A stretch of DNA of 64,000 nucleotides, from assembly GCA_046732795.1 (NCBI GenBank), contig JBKPNV010000013.1, positions 644-64,643 on the forward strand, in the 5' to 3' direction. Of this stretch, positions 46,154 to 55,377 are shown one piece after another. The first letter of the stretch is position 1, and the number at the start of each line of letters is the position of its first letter. The translations under genes were made by a program, and so were the position numbers. This stretch comes from Acidobacteriota bacterium (GTDB lineage Bacteria > Acidobacteriota > Vicinamibacteria > Vicinamibacterales > UBA2999). A model generated the notes under the pieces. It ran no database searches. It saw only the letters and a program-made list of their open reading frames with translations, and was not told the origin of the DNA.

Positions 46154-48007
46154 CTATTTCCCGTCCACGGTGAACGCGAGCAGGACATTCCCCGGCGTTC
46201 CGCCCGCTGTGGGATAGCCCGAGTTGAACACGACCATGCCGCCGCCGATTGCGGGCCCGGGGCCGTCGATGGATCCGCCGCGGCCGGCGACGCCGTTCAC
46301 GGTCTCGTACGCGCGAATGGAGTCGAAGTCCCAGAGAATCTTGCCATCGGCAGAGGAGTAGGCGCGCATGTGGCCGTCGACCGAACCCGAGAATGCGACG
46401 CCGGGGAGCGCGCTCACCGCCGCGGACTGCGCCGGGCTGCAGCGGGTCCGCGTGCCGCACCCCGGCGGCGGCGTGTACCACACGCGTTCTCCGTCTTCGA
46501 GCCTCAGCGCGAACATACCGCCACCCTGTTTCGGATCGGCGTCGGTGCTATTGCTGTACGTAAGCATGATTCGCCCGATATCGGACAGCGCAACGTAGAC
46601 GTTGGATTGATCCACTGCCGAACCCCACTGCACGCCGCCCATGGTTCCACCGCGCCCGACGCGCGTCTGCCACAACACTTCGCCGTTCTTGTCGGGATCG
46701 AGCGCGTGCACGATGCCGGACTTCTGGCCGGCGACGAGCACGCGCCGGCCGCTCCCCAGCGTAACGAGGATCGGCGAGGCGCCGAAGTCGAAGTCGGGGC
46801 CATTCGACTCCGCGCAGTTGGTCTTGTCGGGCAGGCGGCAGGCCGCGGTGTAGGCGTCCTTCTCCGTCATCTGTCGCGACCAGAGAATCTTGCCCGTGTC
46901 GAGATCCATTGCCACGAACGAGTCGCTCATCGTCGACGTCGGGTCCGTGTAGTTGTTGCCGGTCGTGATGTAGAGCCGATTCAATTTCGCGTCGATCGCG
47001 GGCGTCGCCCAGACTCCGGCACCGGATGGACCATAGAGCTGCGTTCCAACAGCGTTCTTCTTGATGGGCCGGGGTAGCTCAGGAATCGTATAGCTCTTCC
47101 ACAGCTGTTTACCGGTGGGTGCATCGAGGGCCACCACGCTCCCGCGGAATTTGCAGCATTCATACGTCGGCACCGCGCCGGACGCTTCTTCTCCGGATGT
47201 CACGCCGACGTACACGCGTCCGTTGTGAAATGTCGGTGAACCGCTGATGCGTCCGAGGGGAAAATCGTCGACGTCTGTCTTCCACAGCTGCGTGCCGGTT
47301 GCGGCGTCAAGCGCGTAGACGTTGGCGCCCGCGTCGCCAAAGAACGCCACGTCGCGAATCCCGCCAGGCATGTCTACGCGGACGACGGTCACCGCGGACC
47401 GTACGCCTTGACCGGCATTGAAGAACCAGTGGATGCAGCCGGTGGCCGCGTCGAGCGAGTAGACCGTTCCTCCCCAGCTGCCGACGAAGATGCGTCCGCC
47501 GACGATGCTCGCCTGCGAATACGATTGCAGGTCGCCGGGAAAGGCGAAGGCCCACTTCAGCTTGAGCCGCGGGATGTCTGCCGCGCTGATCCCGGCCGAC
47601 GACGCATCCTGGAAGCGCGTGTTGCTGGAGTTCTGTCCCCATCCCGTCCATCGAGGTCCAGTGCTCGAGTCGAAGGACTGCGTGCCCGTGCACATCGCGG
47701 CCGACGCCGGCGTTGTGACCACGGGATTCGACAGCGATTTGCCGGTCAGGAACTCTGCGATCGCCCGGCGCTCGGCGACCGTCCGCCCATTCGCCATCGT
47801 GATCATCGATCCCGTTTCCATGGCCGCCATCACGCGTTCGGCGGGCATCGCGCGGAACGCCTCTCGGGCCGGCGCGCGGTTGGCGCCCGTGTCGTGACAC
47901 TGGGCGCAGGTCCGCTTGTACAGCGCGTCGCCGTCAGGTGTTTGAGCGGCGGCGGCAGATGCCGATGCGAGAATGACGACTGAACAGATGACAGCGCGCT
48001 GAATCAT
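46154..48007 (-). CDS. Cytochrome c-fused PQQ-repeat beta-propeller dehydrogenase (polyvinyl-alcohol-dehydrogenase-like architecture)
   Basis: Signal peptide MIQRAVICSVVILASASAAAAQ. 'CAQCHD' heme c motif, then PQQ-like propeller repeats (multiple 'G.VYALDA.TG..LW' blades). Start trimmed to 48007. Confidence 0.8.
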   Translation of the reverse strand: MIQRAVICSVVILASASAAAAQTPDGDALYKRTCAQCHDTGANRAPAREAFRAMPAERVMAAMETGSMITMANGRTVAERRAIAEFLTGKSLSNPVVTTPASAAMCTGTQSFDSSTGPRWTGWGQNSSNTRFQDASSAGISAADIPRLKLKWAFAFPGDLQSYSQASIVGGRIFVGSWGGTVYSLDAATGCIHWFFNAGQGVRSAVTVVRVDMPGGIRDVAFFGDAGANVYALDAATGTQLWKTDVDDFPLGRISGSPTFHNGRVYVGVTSGEEASGAVPTYECCKFRGSVVALDAPTGKQLWKSYTIPELPRPIKKNAVGTQLYGPSGAGVWATPAIDAKLNRLYITTGNNYTDPTSTMSDSFVAMDLDTGKILWSRQMTEKDAYTAACRLPDKTNCAESNGPDFDFGASPILVTLGSGRRVLVAGQKSGIVHALDPDKNGEVLWQTRVGRGGTMGGVQWGSAVDQSNVYVALSDIGRIMLTYSNSTDADPKQGGGMFALRLEDGERVWYTPPPGCGTRTRCSPAQSAAVSALPGVAFSGSVDGHMRAYSSADGKILWDFDSIRAYETVNGVAGRGGSIDGPGPAIGGGMVVFNSGYPTAGGTPGNVLLAFTVDGK

Positions 48008-48067
48008 GGCGGGATTATATGGGTCTCGCGGCATCCCTCGCACTCTCGCACCTCGCACGGTTATGGC

Positions 48068-48889
48068 CTACGTCGCCGTCTTTCTCTCGGCACCCTTATA
48101 GCTGCCCAGGATCCGTGTCCACTTCGCGAATTCAGCGAGGTGGGTGAGGGCGCGCGCGCAACCGAGATCGTCGCGACGCGCATCGATCTCGACATAGAAG
48201 AGATACTCCCAGGGTCTTCCGCGCATCGGACGACTTTCGAGCTTGGTGAGATTGATGTCGCGCAGCGCGAAGACGCTGAGCGCTTTGAACAGCGCGCCGG
48301 GCGTGCTTGGCAGCGCGAACACGATCGTCGTCTTGTTGGCGTCGGCCGGTGACACGCCGCCGATGATGGCAAACCGCGTGATGTTGTATTCGAAATCCTG
48401 GACGGCCTCCTGCAGCACCTCGAGGCCAAAGACGTCGGCGGCACGCTGCGAGGCGAGCGCCGCTGCGCCCGCCAGCTTCTGCTCGGACACCAGCTTGGCG
48501 CCCCCTGCCGTGTCGTACACGGCTTCGACGGCGACGCCCAGGCCCTTCAGATATCGCTCGCACTGCGCGAGCGCCTGCGGATGCGAGTAGACCGTCTTGA
48601 CGTCAGCGATTGTGGTACCCGGCAACGCCTGCAGGCAGTGGACGATATCGAGCTCCACTTCACCGGTGATGCCGAGCTCGTGATCGAGGAGCAAGTCGTA
48701 GTTGCGATGAATGGTGCCGCCAATGGAGTTCTCGAGCGGGACGACGCCATGCGTCGCGCGTTTCTTGACGACGGCCTCGAAGACCTCGTCGAATGTCTTG
48801 CAGGGCAGCGTCTCGACGTCCACCCCGCCGAAGTGAAGCGCCGCCGCTTCGCTGTACGCGCCCGGTTCCCCTTGATACGCGAGTCTCAT
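48068..48889 (-). CDS. pheA: Prephenate dehydratase
   Basis: 'MRLAYQGEPGAYSE', 'TRFAIIG' and 'LTKLESRPMRGRPWEYLFYVEI' (ESRP / ACT domain). Only the last 273 codons of the 595-aa track ORF belong to this gene. Confidence 0.9.
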   Translation of the reverse strand: MRLAYQGEPGAYSEAAALHFGGVDVETLPCKTFDEVFEAVVKKRATHGVVPLENSIGGTIHRNYDLLLDHELGITGEVELDIVHCLQALPGTTIADVKTVYSHPQALAQCERYLKGLGVAVEAVYDTAGGAKLVSEQKLAGAAALASQRAADVFGLEVLQEAVQDFEYNITRFAIIGGVSPADANKTTIVFALPSTPGALFKALSVFALRDINLTKLESRPMRGRPWEYLFYVEIDARRDDLGCARALTHLAEFAKWTRILGSYKGAERKTAT

Positions 48890-48900
48890 TTGTGTTCCCG

Positions 48901-49767
48901 TCAGCGCAAACTCAGATAGATTGGGAAATTCAGTATCACTGAAACGATTACGGCGAGAAGCGAAATGCCCAGGCAGGCCAGGGCGACCACGATATGGTCG
49001 ACTCTTTCCGGCTTCAAGGGGTCGAGGACGCGGGACGCTGCGTACCCGCCAATGATGCCGCCGATATGAGCGATATTGTTGATGATGCCGCCCAGGAAAA
49101 TGCCTTGTATCAACACAAAGACGATCGATTGGGTGGCATAGCTCCGAGCCATGCTGCTGCCACTGCGATGGCCGTAGTGATAGATCGCACCCAGTAAACC
49201 CGTGATGCAGGCGGAGGCGCCGATGGTCAGCCCCCCGCCGCCCCCGAGCAGCGGGATGGGAGGAAGGAAGAGGCCCCAGAAGACGCTCAGGAAGAAACCG
49301 GCGATGCCGCCGGCCGTGTAAATGATCACCATGCGCCCCGGACCGTAGAGATCTGCGACGGCTGGTGCGAGCTGTCTCACCGAGAGCATGTTGAAGACGA
49401 TATGGAGAGCGCTGCCGTGAATCCACGACGCGCTGACGATCGTCCACCAGCCTCCGGCGGCGACGATCCCAGGGCCTGTCGCACCGAACAGGAACATCGC
49501 CGCGCCTGAGGGCCCCAGAAACCCGAAGAACCCGTTCATGTTGATGTTGCCGCGCGACGCGAGCAGCGTCAGTACGTAAATGAGCCCGCACGTGCCCATG
49601 ACGAACGGCACGAAGCCGAGATCTGCACCCAGTGCGCGCAGGGCAGGTGCGTAACCCCACAATCCCGGGTTTCGCCGGCCGCAGTTGTAGCAGGTGTCGT
49701 CGTTGACTCCAACAAGCACGCCGCACGACGAGCAGAGGACGGAGCCCGATGTCTGTCGCTTCAACAC
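48901..49767 (-). CDS. Rhomboid-family intramembrane serine protease with N-terminal zinc-ribbon
   Basis: 'WIHGSALHIVFNM' (HxxxN) and 'GASACITGLLGA' (GxSx catalytic Ser). N-terminal 'CSSCGVLVGVNDDTCYNCG'. GTG start. Confidence 0.8.
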   Translation of the reverse strand: MLKRQTSGSVLCSSCGVLVGVNDDTCYNCGRRNPGLWGYAPALRALGADLGFVPFVMGTCGLIYVLTLLASRGNINMNGFFGFLGPSGAAMFLFGATGPGIVAAGGWWTIVSASWIHGSALHIVFNMLSVRQLAPAVADLYGPGRMVIIYTAGGIAGFFLSVFWGLFLPPIPLLGGGGGLTIGASACITGLLGAIYHYGHRSGSSMARSYATQSIVFVLIQGIFLGGIINNIAHIGGIIGGYAASRVLDPLKPERVDHIVVALACLGISLLAVIVSVILNFPIYLSLR

Positions 49768-49877
49768 GCGACCACGATGATATCTCGGTCGCAGGGCGGG
49801 TCTTGCCTTCCCGGCCCGCCAAAGACAGTAGACTGAAGGAGCCGGCGGGTCTCAAGAATCGGACTCGCCCGAGGGCG

Positions 49878-49900
49878 GCGGGTCTTCAGAGCAGACCCGC
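49878..49900. repeat. Family B hairpin GCGGGTCT-TCAGAGC-AGACCCGC (third of three related units at 49795..49900)
   Basis: Perfect 8-bp stem read directly. Weaker GGCGGGTCT-containing units lie at 49795..49820 and 49842..49875, in the rhomboid/ubiX divergent spacer. Confidence 0.65.
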
Positions 49901-49920
49901 GCGACGGAGCAGAGATCCTC

Positions 49921-50496
49921 GTGCGACTAATCATCGGCATCACCGGCGCCACCGGCACGATCTACGGCGTTCGCCTGCTCGAGCGGCTTCGCGAGTCTGG
50001 CGTGGAAACGCATCTCGTGATCAGCCGCTGGGGTGCGCGAACGTTGCTGCACGAGACGCCTTATACGCGCGAGCAGGTCGAAGCACTGGCCACAGCGGCC
50101 TACGCTCCCGCGGACATGGGCGCATCCATCTCGAGCGGATCGTTTCGTACGGACGGCATGATCATCGCGCCCTGCAGCGCCAAGTCACTGGCGGCGATCG
50201 CCCACGGGTTCGGTGAGAACCTGATCCATCGAGCGGCCGACGTGGTGTTGAAAGAACATCGCAAGCTGGTGCTGGCCGTGCGCGAGGCGCCGCTCAGCAG
50301 CATCCATCTGGAAAACATGCTGACGCTTGCGCGCATGGGCGCTCTCCTGATGCCCCCGTTGCCTGCTTTCTACAATCATCCCCGCACGATCGACGACATC
50401 GTCGACTACACCGTTGCCCGGATGCTCGACCAGTTCGGACTGGAGGTCCGCGGCGCGGAGCGATGGGTGGGAGAGATGGGCGTGGGGACCGACTAG
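49921..50496 (+). CDS. ubiX: Flavin prenyltransferase UbiX
   Basis: 'RLIIGITGATGTIYGVRLLE', 'MIIAPCSAKSLAAIAHG' and 'LVLAVREAPLS' are UbiX/Pad1 motifs. GTG start. No ubiD in the window. Confidence 0.9.
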   Translation: MRLIIGITGATGTIYGVRLLERLRESGVETHLVISRWGARTLLHETPYTREQVEALATAAYAPADMGASISSGSFRTDGMIIAPCSAKSLAAIAHGFGENLIHRAADVVLKEHRKLVLAVREAPLSSIHLENMLTLARMGALLMPPLPAFYNHPRTIDDIVDYTVARMLDQFGLEVRGAERWVGEMGVGTD

Positions 50497-50526
50497 ATGT
50501 GCGGGGTCAGACCCCATCACAGTCTT

Positions 50527-51462
50527 TCACTTGTCTTCGAGTTCCGTCAGCTGCTGCCTGGCGCCGGTCAACGCGCGCTCCGCTTCCTCGACGGCTTGAG
50601 CGGCGGATTCGGCTTCGACCGCTGCCCGTCGCGCCTTCTGTCGCGCCTCGTGAGCCTGCGACGCGATCTTCTGTAATCGCTCTTCGGCCGCCACCATTGC
50701 CTCCTCGCTTGCCTTCGCCTGCGTCGCGGCCTTCTTGAGCGCCGTCTGCGCTTGTTGGGCGGCGCGTCGTGCTGAAACCAGATCGCGTGAGGCTTCCTGT
50801 TTGGCGGCGCGCGCCGCGGCAAGTTGCGCCTGCCGTTCCTTCTCTTTCTCACGCTCATCCTCTGGCGATCGCGCTTTGCGCTTGGCCGGAGTCTTTTTGG
50901 CTTTCTGAAACGTCAGGACCTTGCTTGGCGTTTCCGAGCGTGACCCGTCGCCCACTCGCGGGACGAGCGCCGCCAGCGCGTCGAATCCAGGTGGATCGAC
51001 ATCCTCGACGAGCCGCCCGGCTCGTGGCGCGCCCTCGAGTGTGCCGTAGGCCGAGAGCGCCTCGAGCGATGCCGTGATTCTTCGCATGACCCCCGGAGGT
51101 GATGCGCCACTCGAGCGCTGAAGCAAGTCAGCCGCCAGGCGCGTCATCGCCGACAACTCCACGCGCCGCTCGTTGAGCAGACGATGAAGGTCACCTCCTT
51201 TGCCGGCTAATCGAGACGCTTGGGCCTGACGGAACCGTTCACCCGTGGCCAGAAGCTTCTCGAAGGCATCTCGATGCTTCCAGTACAACTGATTGACAGT
51301 CCAGGCAGAGATCGACGGCTTCGGCAACGCCTTCACGCGGCCGGCCACATCGTTGCGCCCATCTTTCTTGAGTCGCGCCGCGAGCGCATTTCGTGCGGCG
51401 ACGAACTCGGGAGGCGACAGTTTAAACAGCGCGTCGATCTCGTCGTCTTCCGTCTTTCCCAC
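50527..51462 (-). CDS. Hypothetical protein with C-terminal Ala/Gln/Glu/Lys-rich coiled coil
   Basis: Preferred GTG 51462 gives VGKTEDDEIDALFKLSPPEFVAARNALAARLKK.... The track extension to 51705 translates the heptad repeat and is improbable. The C-terminal ~110 aa are heptad-like and charged. Confidence 0.5.
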   Translation of the reverse strand: MGKTEDDEIDALFKLSPPEFVAARNALAARLKKDGRNDVAGRVKALPKPSISAWTVNQLYWKHRDAFEKLLATGERFRQAQASRLAGKGGDLHRLLNERRVELSAMTRLAADLLQRSSGASPPGVMRRITASLEALSAYGTLEGAPRAGRLVEDVDPPGFDALAALVPRVGDGSRSETPSKVLTFQKAKKTPAKRKARSPEDEREKEKERQAQLAAARAAKQEASRDLVSARRAAQQAQTALKKAATQAKASEEAMVAAEERLQKIASQAHEARQKARRAAVEAESAAQAVEEAERALTGARQQLTELEDK

Positions 51463-51504
51463 GTGACCTAGTCTGTCACACACGGGTTTTACTCTCGATG
51501 TATC

Positions 51505-51595
51505 GGGGCTCGAGACTCGGGACTCACGGGCTCTCGGCTCGCGTCTCGGGACTCGCGGCTCGGGACTCGGGATCCGGACTCGGGATCCGGGATTC
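51505..51595. repeat. Longest heptad/G3-tract array in the window ((GGGAVTC)-like units)
   Basis: ggggctcgagactcgggactcacgggctctcggctcgcgtctcgggactcgcggctcgggactcgggatccggactcgggatccgggattc. Eight G3+ runs. GANTC sites at 51514, 51521, 51550, 51564, 51577 and 51591. Two GGATCC sites. Confidence 0.75.
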
Positions 51596-51688
51596 GACCC
51601 GCGACGTAGAGCGCGCGCTTTAGAGTGCGCGTTGGTAGGTGGTGGTTGGGCGTTGGACGTTGGGAAGTGACATCGAGGGAAGAAGGAC

Positions 51689-52054
51689 ATGGCCGAAGCG
51701 CTCAAGAAGGACGAAGGTCAGTTGGCGTTGTATGGCGGTTCGGTTCCGAAAGGGCGTATCCGCCCGTCGAGTGGATCCAGCGAGCGGCACGCACCTCTCT
51801 GTGCCGGCTGCCGTACGCGCGAAGCGCGATACGGGTTCCGGGAGGAGGGCGATGATCCATCAGCGCTCCGGCCGAGAACACTGTGCTTCGACTGTTTCAG
51901 GATGGAGATCTCGTGGCGGCAGGACGTCGCCGCGCGTCTGGCTCGCGGCTGGAACGCACAGCAGACGCAGCTGCCGCTGGAGGCTACGCTGAGTGCGCTG
52001 ACCCGGCGCCGGCGCCGCGCGCAGATCGCCGCACGTCACGCGCTCGGCTTGTAG
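51689..52054 (+). CDS. Small Arg-rich CxxC...CxxC (zinc-ribbon-like) hypothetical protein
   Basis: 'CAGCRTREARYGF...LCFDCFRME' provides four Cys as two CxxC pairs. The TAG stop lies in a GTAGAGGCGGGTCT half-element. No family recognised. Confidence 0.4.
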   Translation: MAEALKKDEGQLALYGGSVPKGRIRPSSGSSERHAPLCAGCRTREARYGFREEGDDPSALRPRTLCFDCFRMEISWRQDVAARLARGWNAQQTQLPLEATLSALTRRRRRAQIAARHALGL

Positions 52055-52103
52055 AGGCGGGTCTTTCCTGGCCTGAGGGTAGTCGAAGGCAGACGCGCTT
52101 GGA

Positions 52104-53483
52104 TTACCGTCCGCGAAACGTCTCCGCCGATCCCGGAGTGGTGAATGCGATCGGGCGGTTGCCGGCAGAACCGGATACGGTGTACTGCCCGCGCATCTGA
52201 AGGAAGTTCACCCCATTGAACAGGGGCCCCTGTGTCCGTTGCGTCCTCACGGTCGAGGCCACGTCGAAGCGCATATCGAGCGTGAGGTACGTGCCGCGCG
52301 CACGGATGGCGATCGAGCGTGGTTGCCCCCGGTCGTCATTCGTTTCGGTGATGCGCACATCGGTGGCATAGCCGAGCGGGCCATCCGGTCCAAGCACACC
52401 GATGAACCCGGGAAGACGCTCCGGATCCGCGGCATCTGCCGGGGGAAAAATCCGACCGTAGATGAGCGACACATCTCCGTGCTGCGCCTGACCCCATTGC
52501 CACGTCACACCCTTCCAGAATCCCCAGTTGTGATCGTGATAGCCAATGCCGCCTGCAAGCGACACGGGCTCGCCCGCCACGGTCAACGCGCCGTCCAGCG
52601 GGCCTGACATGACAGGAACCACGTATCCCGTCCGCCACCCACGCGCGCCAGTGATTTCCGCGGGCGGCACCAGCCGGCCGGCGGACGCCTGAATCGCGAG
52701 GTCACCAATCGCGCGGCGTCCTTTCTCGTCGGCGAGGTCGACATGAATGCGATAGACAAGCCCATCCAGGCGCACCGAGCTGCCACCAATCGTCAGATCG
52801 GGGGCGCGCGACAACTCGGCATCCGTCGTTTCACCCGTCCCGCTGTACACCTGCATCTCACCGTTGCGCTCGAGTTGCAGACTCACACTGGAGCCGTAGT
52901 TACCCGACTTCATCCGCGGGCCGACGATGAACGACAAATAGAACCGCGCATCATTCGTGCGGCCATTGAAATAGAGCCACTCGGCCCACGAATCCGACCA
53001 CTCGGGAACGTCGGGCGCGCCGTGAAATCGATCGATCTGGCGTAGTACCGTTTCCGGTGATTGCCGGGTCCACGCCGCATCCGCCGCCGTGTCGCGCCAC
53101 ACGGCCATATCCGCCACCTCGGGATCACCAAGTTCGCGCTCGACGCTTGGGATTCCGCCGCGCGCGGCGACGCGTGTGGCCTTGCCGTTATGGAGCAGGA
53201 AGAGGTCGGTTGTGTGAGAAGCCGCCGCTGCGCGAACCCGCGGACGAAGCGCATCGGACTGCAGCGTCCCCGAGAGCACGACTCTCGCCGGCACCGAGAG
53301 CGACAAACGAATGTTGACGTCACCCCCGCCGACCAACGCGGGCGACTGCGCCTGCTCGAGGACGATACCGGCGACGCCGAGCAGGATCGCCATCACCGAC
53401 ACGCCGACGCCAAAGCCGGCTGCGAGCACCGCGCTGCGGACGGGATGCGCCGTGAGCGATCGCAGCGCGAGCCGGCCGATCAT
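52104..53483 (-). CDS. Membrane-anchored protein with AttH/CrtC-like (COG5621-type) periplasmic domain, last gene of the ABC operon
   Basis: The N-terminus 'MIGRLALRSLTAHPVRSAVLAAGFGVGVSVMAILLGV' looks like TM1 of a MacB/FtsX-type permease, but no FtsX TM2-4 follows. 'GIGYHDHNWGFWKGVTWQWGQ' resembles the CrtC/AttH family motif (from memory). ATGA overlap with the ATPase stop. Confidence 0.55.
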   Translation of the reverse strand: MIGRLALRSLTAHPVRSAVLAAGFGVGVSVMAILLGVAGIVLEQAQSPALVGGGDVNIRLSLSVPARVVLSGTLQSDALRPRVRAAAASHTTDLFLLHNGKATRVAARGGIPSVERELGDPEVADMAVWRDTAADAAWTRQSPETVLRQIDRFHGAPDVPEWSDSWAEWLYFNGRTNDARFYLSFIVGPRMKSGNYGSSVSLQLERNGEMQVYSGTGETTDAELSRAPDLTIGGSSVRLDGLVYRIHVDLADEKGRRAIGDLAIQASAGRLVPPAEITGARGWRTGYVVPVMSGPLDGALTVAGEPVSLAGGIGYHDHNWGFWKGVTWQWGQAQHGDVSLIYGRIFPPADAADPERLPGFIGVLGPDGPLGYATDVRITETNDDRGQPRSIAIRARGTYLTLDMRFDVASTVRTQRTQGPLFNGVNFLQMRGQYTVSGSAGNRPIAFTTPGSAETFRGR

Positions 53484-54175
53484 TTCGTGCGCTCGCTTTC
53501 GATGCGACCGTCACGCATGGTCAGGACGCGTGCGGCGCGGTCCGCCAGCGCGAGGTCGTGTGTGACGATGACGAGGGCGGTGCCGGCCTGATTGACGCGG
53601 TCCAGGAGCGCAGCGATTTGGGCGCCGGTGGCTTCATCGAGCTCGCCGGTTGGTTCGTCAGCCAACAGCAGCCGTGGACCGTTGGCGAGAGCGCGGGCGA
53701 TCGCCACGCGCTGCATCTCTCCGCCGGACAGTTGTGATGGCCGATGATCGGCACGCGCTGCCAGTCCCACGTACTCGAGCAGTTCACGGGCTCGCTGCTG
53801 CCGCGCATCCTTCGCGATTCCTGCTTCCGACATCGGCAACTCGATGTTCTCGCGCGCCGTCAGCATCGGCAGCAGAAAGAATCGCTGGAACACGAAGCCG
53901 ATCTGCCGAAGGCGCAGCAGGCTGCGCCGCGCGTCGGACAGCCGGCTCACATCCTGACCGTCGAAGAGCAGCGTGCCCGCTGTTTGCGTCTCGACGCAGC
54001 CGAGCATGTGGAGCAAGGTCGACTTCCCGCAGCCCGACGGCCCGCGGACTGCCAGATGATCGCCCCCCCGAATCTGGAGCGTGACATCACGCACGGCTGT
54101 GACCGGCCCGGCCGGCATCGAAAATACGCGACTCACTTGCTGCGCGTCGATGATCAGGCCGTTCGAGGTGCTCAT
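53480..54175 (-). CDS. ABC transporter ATP-binding protein (LolD/MacB-type)
   Basis: Walker A 'GPSGCGKSTLLHML', Q-loop, signature 'LSGGEMQRVAIARAL', Walker B 'LLLADEPTGELD', H-loop 'VTHD'. Confidence 0.9.
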   Translation of the reverse strand: MSTSNGLIIDAQQVSRVFSMPAGPVTAVRDVTLQIRGGDHLAVRGPSGCGKSTLLHMLGCVETQTAGTLLFDGQDVSRLSDARRSLLRLRQIGFVFQRFFLLPMLTARENIELPMSEAGIAKDARQQRARELLEYVGLAARADHRPSQLSGGEMQRVAIARALANGPRLLLADEPTGELDEATGAQIAALLDRVNQAGTALVIVTHDLALADRAARVLTMRDGRIESERTK

Positions 54176-55377
54176 CCGATCACCTCATCACGCAGCGTTG
54201 CCGCGATCGGCAGCCTCGACACGATCCGCATCGGATAAAGCGCCGCGATAATCGCGGTGGCCACGAGAAGAGCCACATGAACAGCGAGCGCGCCCGGTTC
54301 GAAGACGAAGAAATGCAGTGCGACGGGAATGCCTGGCATTCCCTTGAGGATGCGATCCAGGCCGGCGGCGAGCAGCAGTCCAAGCGGCAACGAGAGGAGG
54401 CCGCCGATGCCGACGATCAACGCTGACTCCGAGAGCACGTCCTTCACGACGCGCGAGCGGGAGAAGCCCAGGGCCCGCAGCGCGGCGACTTCGCCGAGTC
54501 GCTGGTTGACCGAGACGGTGAGCAATACGGCGATGAGGAGCACGGCAAACGACACCGTCACCGTGGTCAGGACACTCGAGATCTGTCGAAAGTAGGTGAA
54601 GCCCGTTTGCTGCAGGCGCCCGACGACCTCGGTGTTGGTCGCCGCCCTCACGTCAGGATGCTGCGCGCGGATCGCCGCGGCCGTCGCGTCGGCATCGCCT
54701 TTCGATCTGACCAGGATGAGATCCGCGTCGTGGCCGACGTTACCGCCGCAGGCGGTCTTGAGGGCCTCGAGCGTCCCGCCCGCCGTGCTCTCGTTCGTGG
54801 TCTGAAACGGGAACTCCGCCACGCCGGCGACCTTCAATGGCGTCGGGGGAAGCGCTTCGAGATCGGCGACGCACGACGCCCGCAGGATGATCGTGCTGCC
54901 CGGTTCGATCATGAACTCGGATGCGATGCGTTCATCGATCACCACTTCGTCGGAGGCGTCGGCATCCCGACCGCGAAGGATCGTCCACGGTGCCCGCAGG
55001 CGTGAACCTGCCGGATCCGTCGAGCGTGTCGCAACCCCCTGAAACGCCGCCCTGAGCGGCGTGCCCGACGCCCGATCAAGTTGTGCACTTGCGGAGCGAA
55101 TGACCAGCACCGCCTGCACCGCAGGCAGCGTCGATATGGCTTCGGCTGTCTCGAGCGCATGCGGCAGGCGCAGGCCGCTGGCTGGGAGTTCGCCGGCGCT
55201 GACGCGCACGTCCCAGCCACCGCGGTCGAGCAGGTCCTGCATCGAGACGATAAGGCCGCGCGACAGCATCAGCATGTCGAGGAGGAGCGCGCCAACTGCC
55301 GCGACCCCGAGAACGCCAAGCGCCGCCCGTGCCGGTTGTCGCACGAGACTCCGCCACGCGAATCCCAGAGCCGTCAT
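54172..55377 (-). CDS. FtsX-family ABC permease (4-TM MacB/LolC-like)
   Basis: 'MTALGFAWRSLVRQPARAALGVLGVAAVG' TM1, a periplasmic domain of about 200 aa, and C-terminal FtsX 'ALRALGFSRSRVVKDVLSESALIVGIGG'. Start ATG 55377 overlaps the upstream stop (ATGA). Confidence 0.8.
   Translation of the reverse strand: MTALGFAWRSLVRQPARAALGVLGVAAVGALLLDMLMLSRGLIVSMQDLLDRGGWDVRVSAGELPASGLRLPHALETAEAISTLPAVQAVLVIRSASAQLDRASGTPLRAAFQGVATRSTDPAGSRLRAPWTILRGRDADASDEVVIDERIASEFMIEPGSTIILRASCVADLEALPPTPLKVAGVAEFPFQTTNESTAGGTLEALKTACGGNVGHDADLILVRSKGDADATAAAIRAQHPDVRAATNTEVVGRLQQTGFTYFRQISSVLTTVTVSFAVLLIAVLLTVSVNQRLGEVAALRALGFSRSRVVKDVLSESALIVGIGGLLSLPLGLLLAAGLDRILKGMPGIPVALHFFVFEPGALAVHVALLVATAIIAALYPMRIVSRLPIAATLRDEVIG

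Noticed and set aside
48068-49855. 595-aa ORF in the track, which looks like one large gene
   Set aside because: Only the C-terminal 273 codons (from ATG 48889) are prephenate dehydratase. The upstream ~320 codons are Arg/Pro-rich and lie in a different frame of the same strand as the clearly real rhomboid gene (48901..49767). It is an open-frame artefact of GC-rich DNA.
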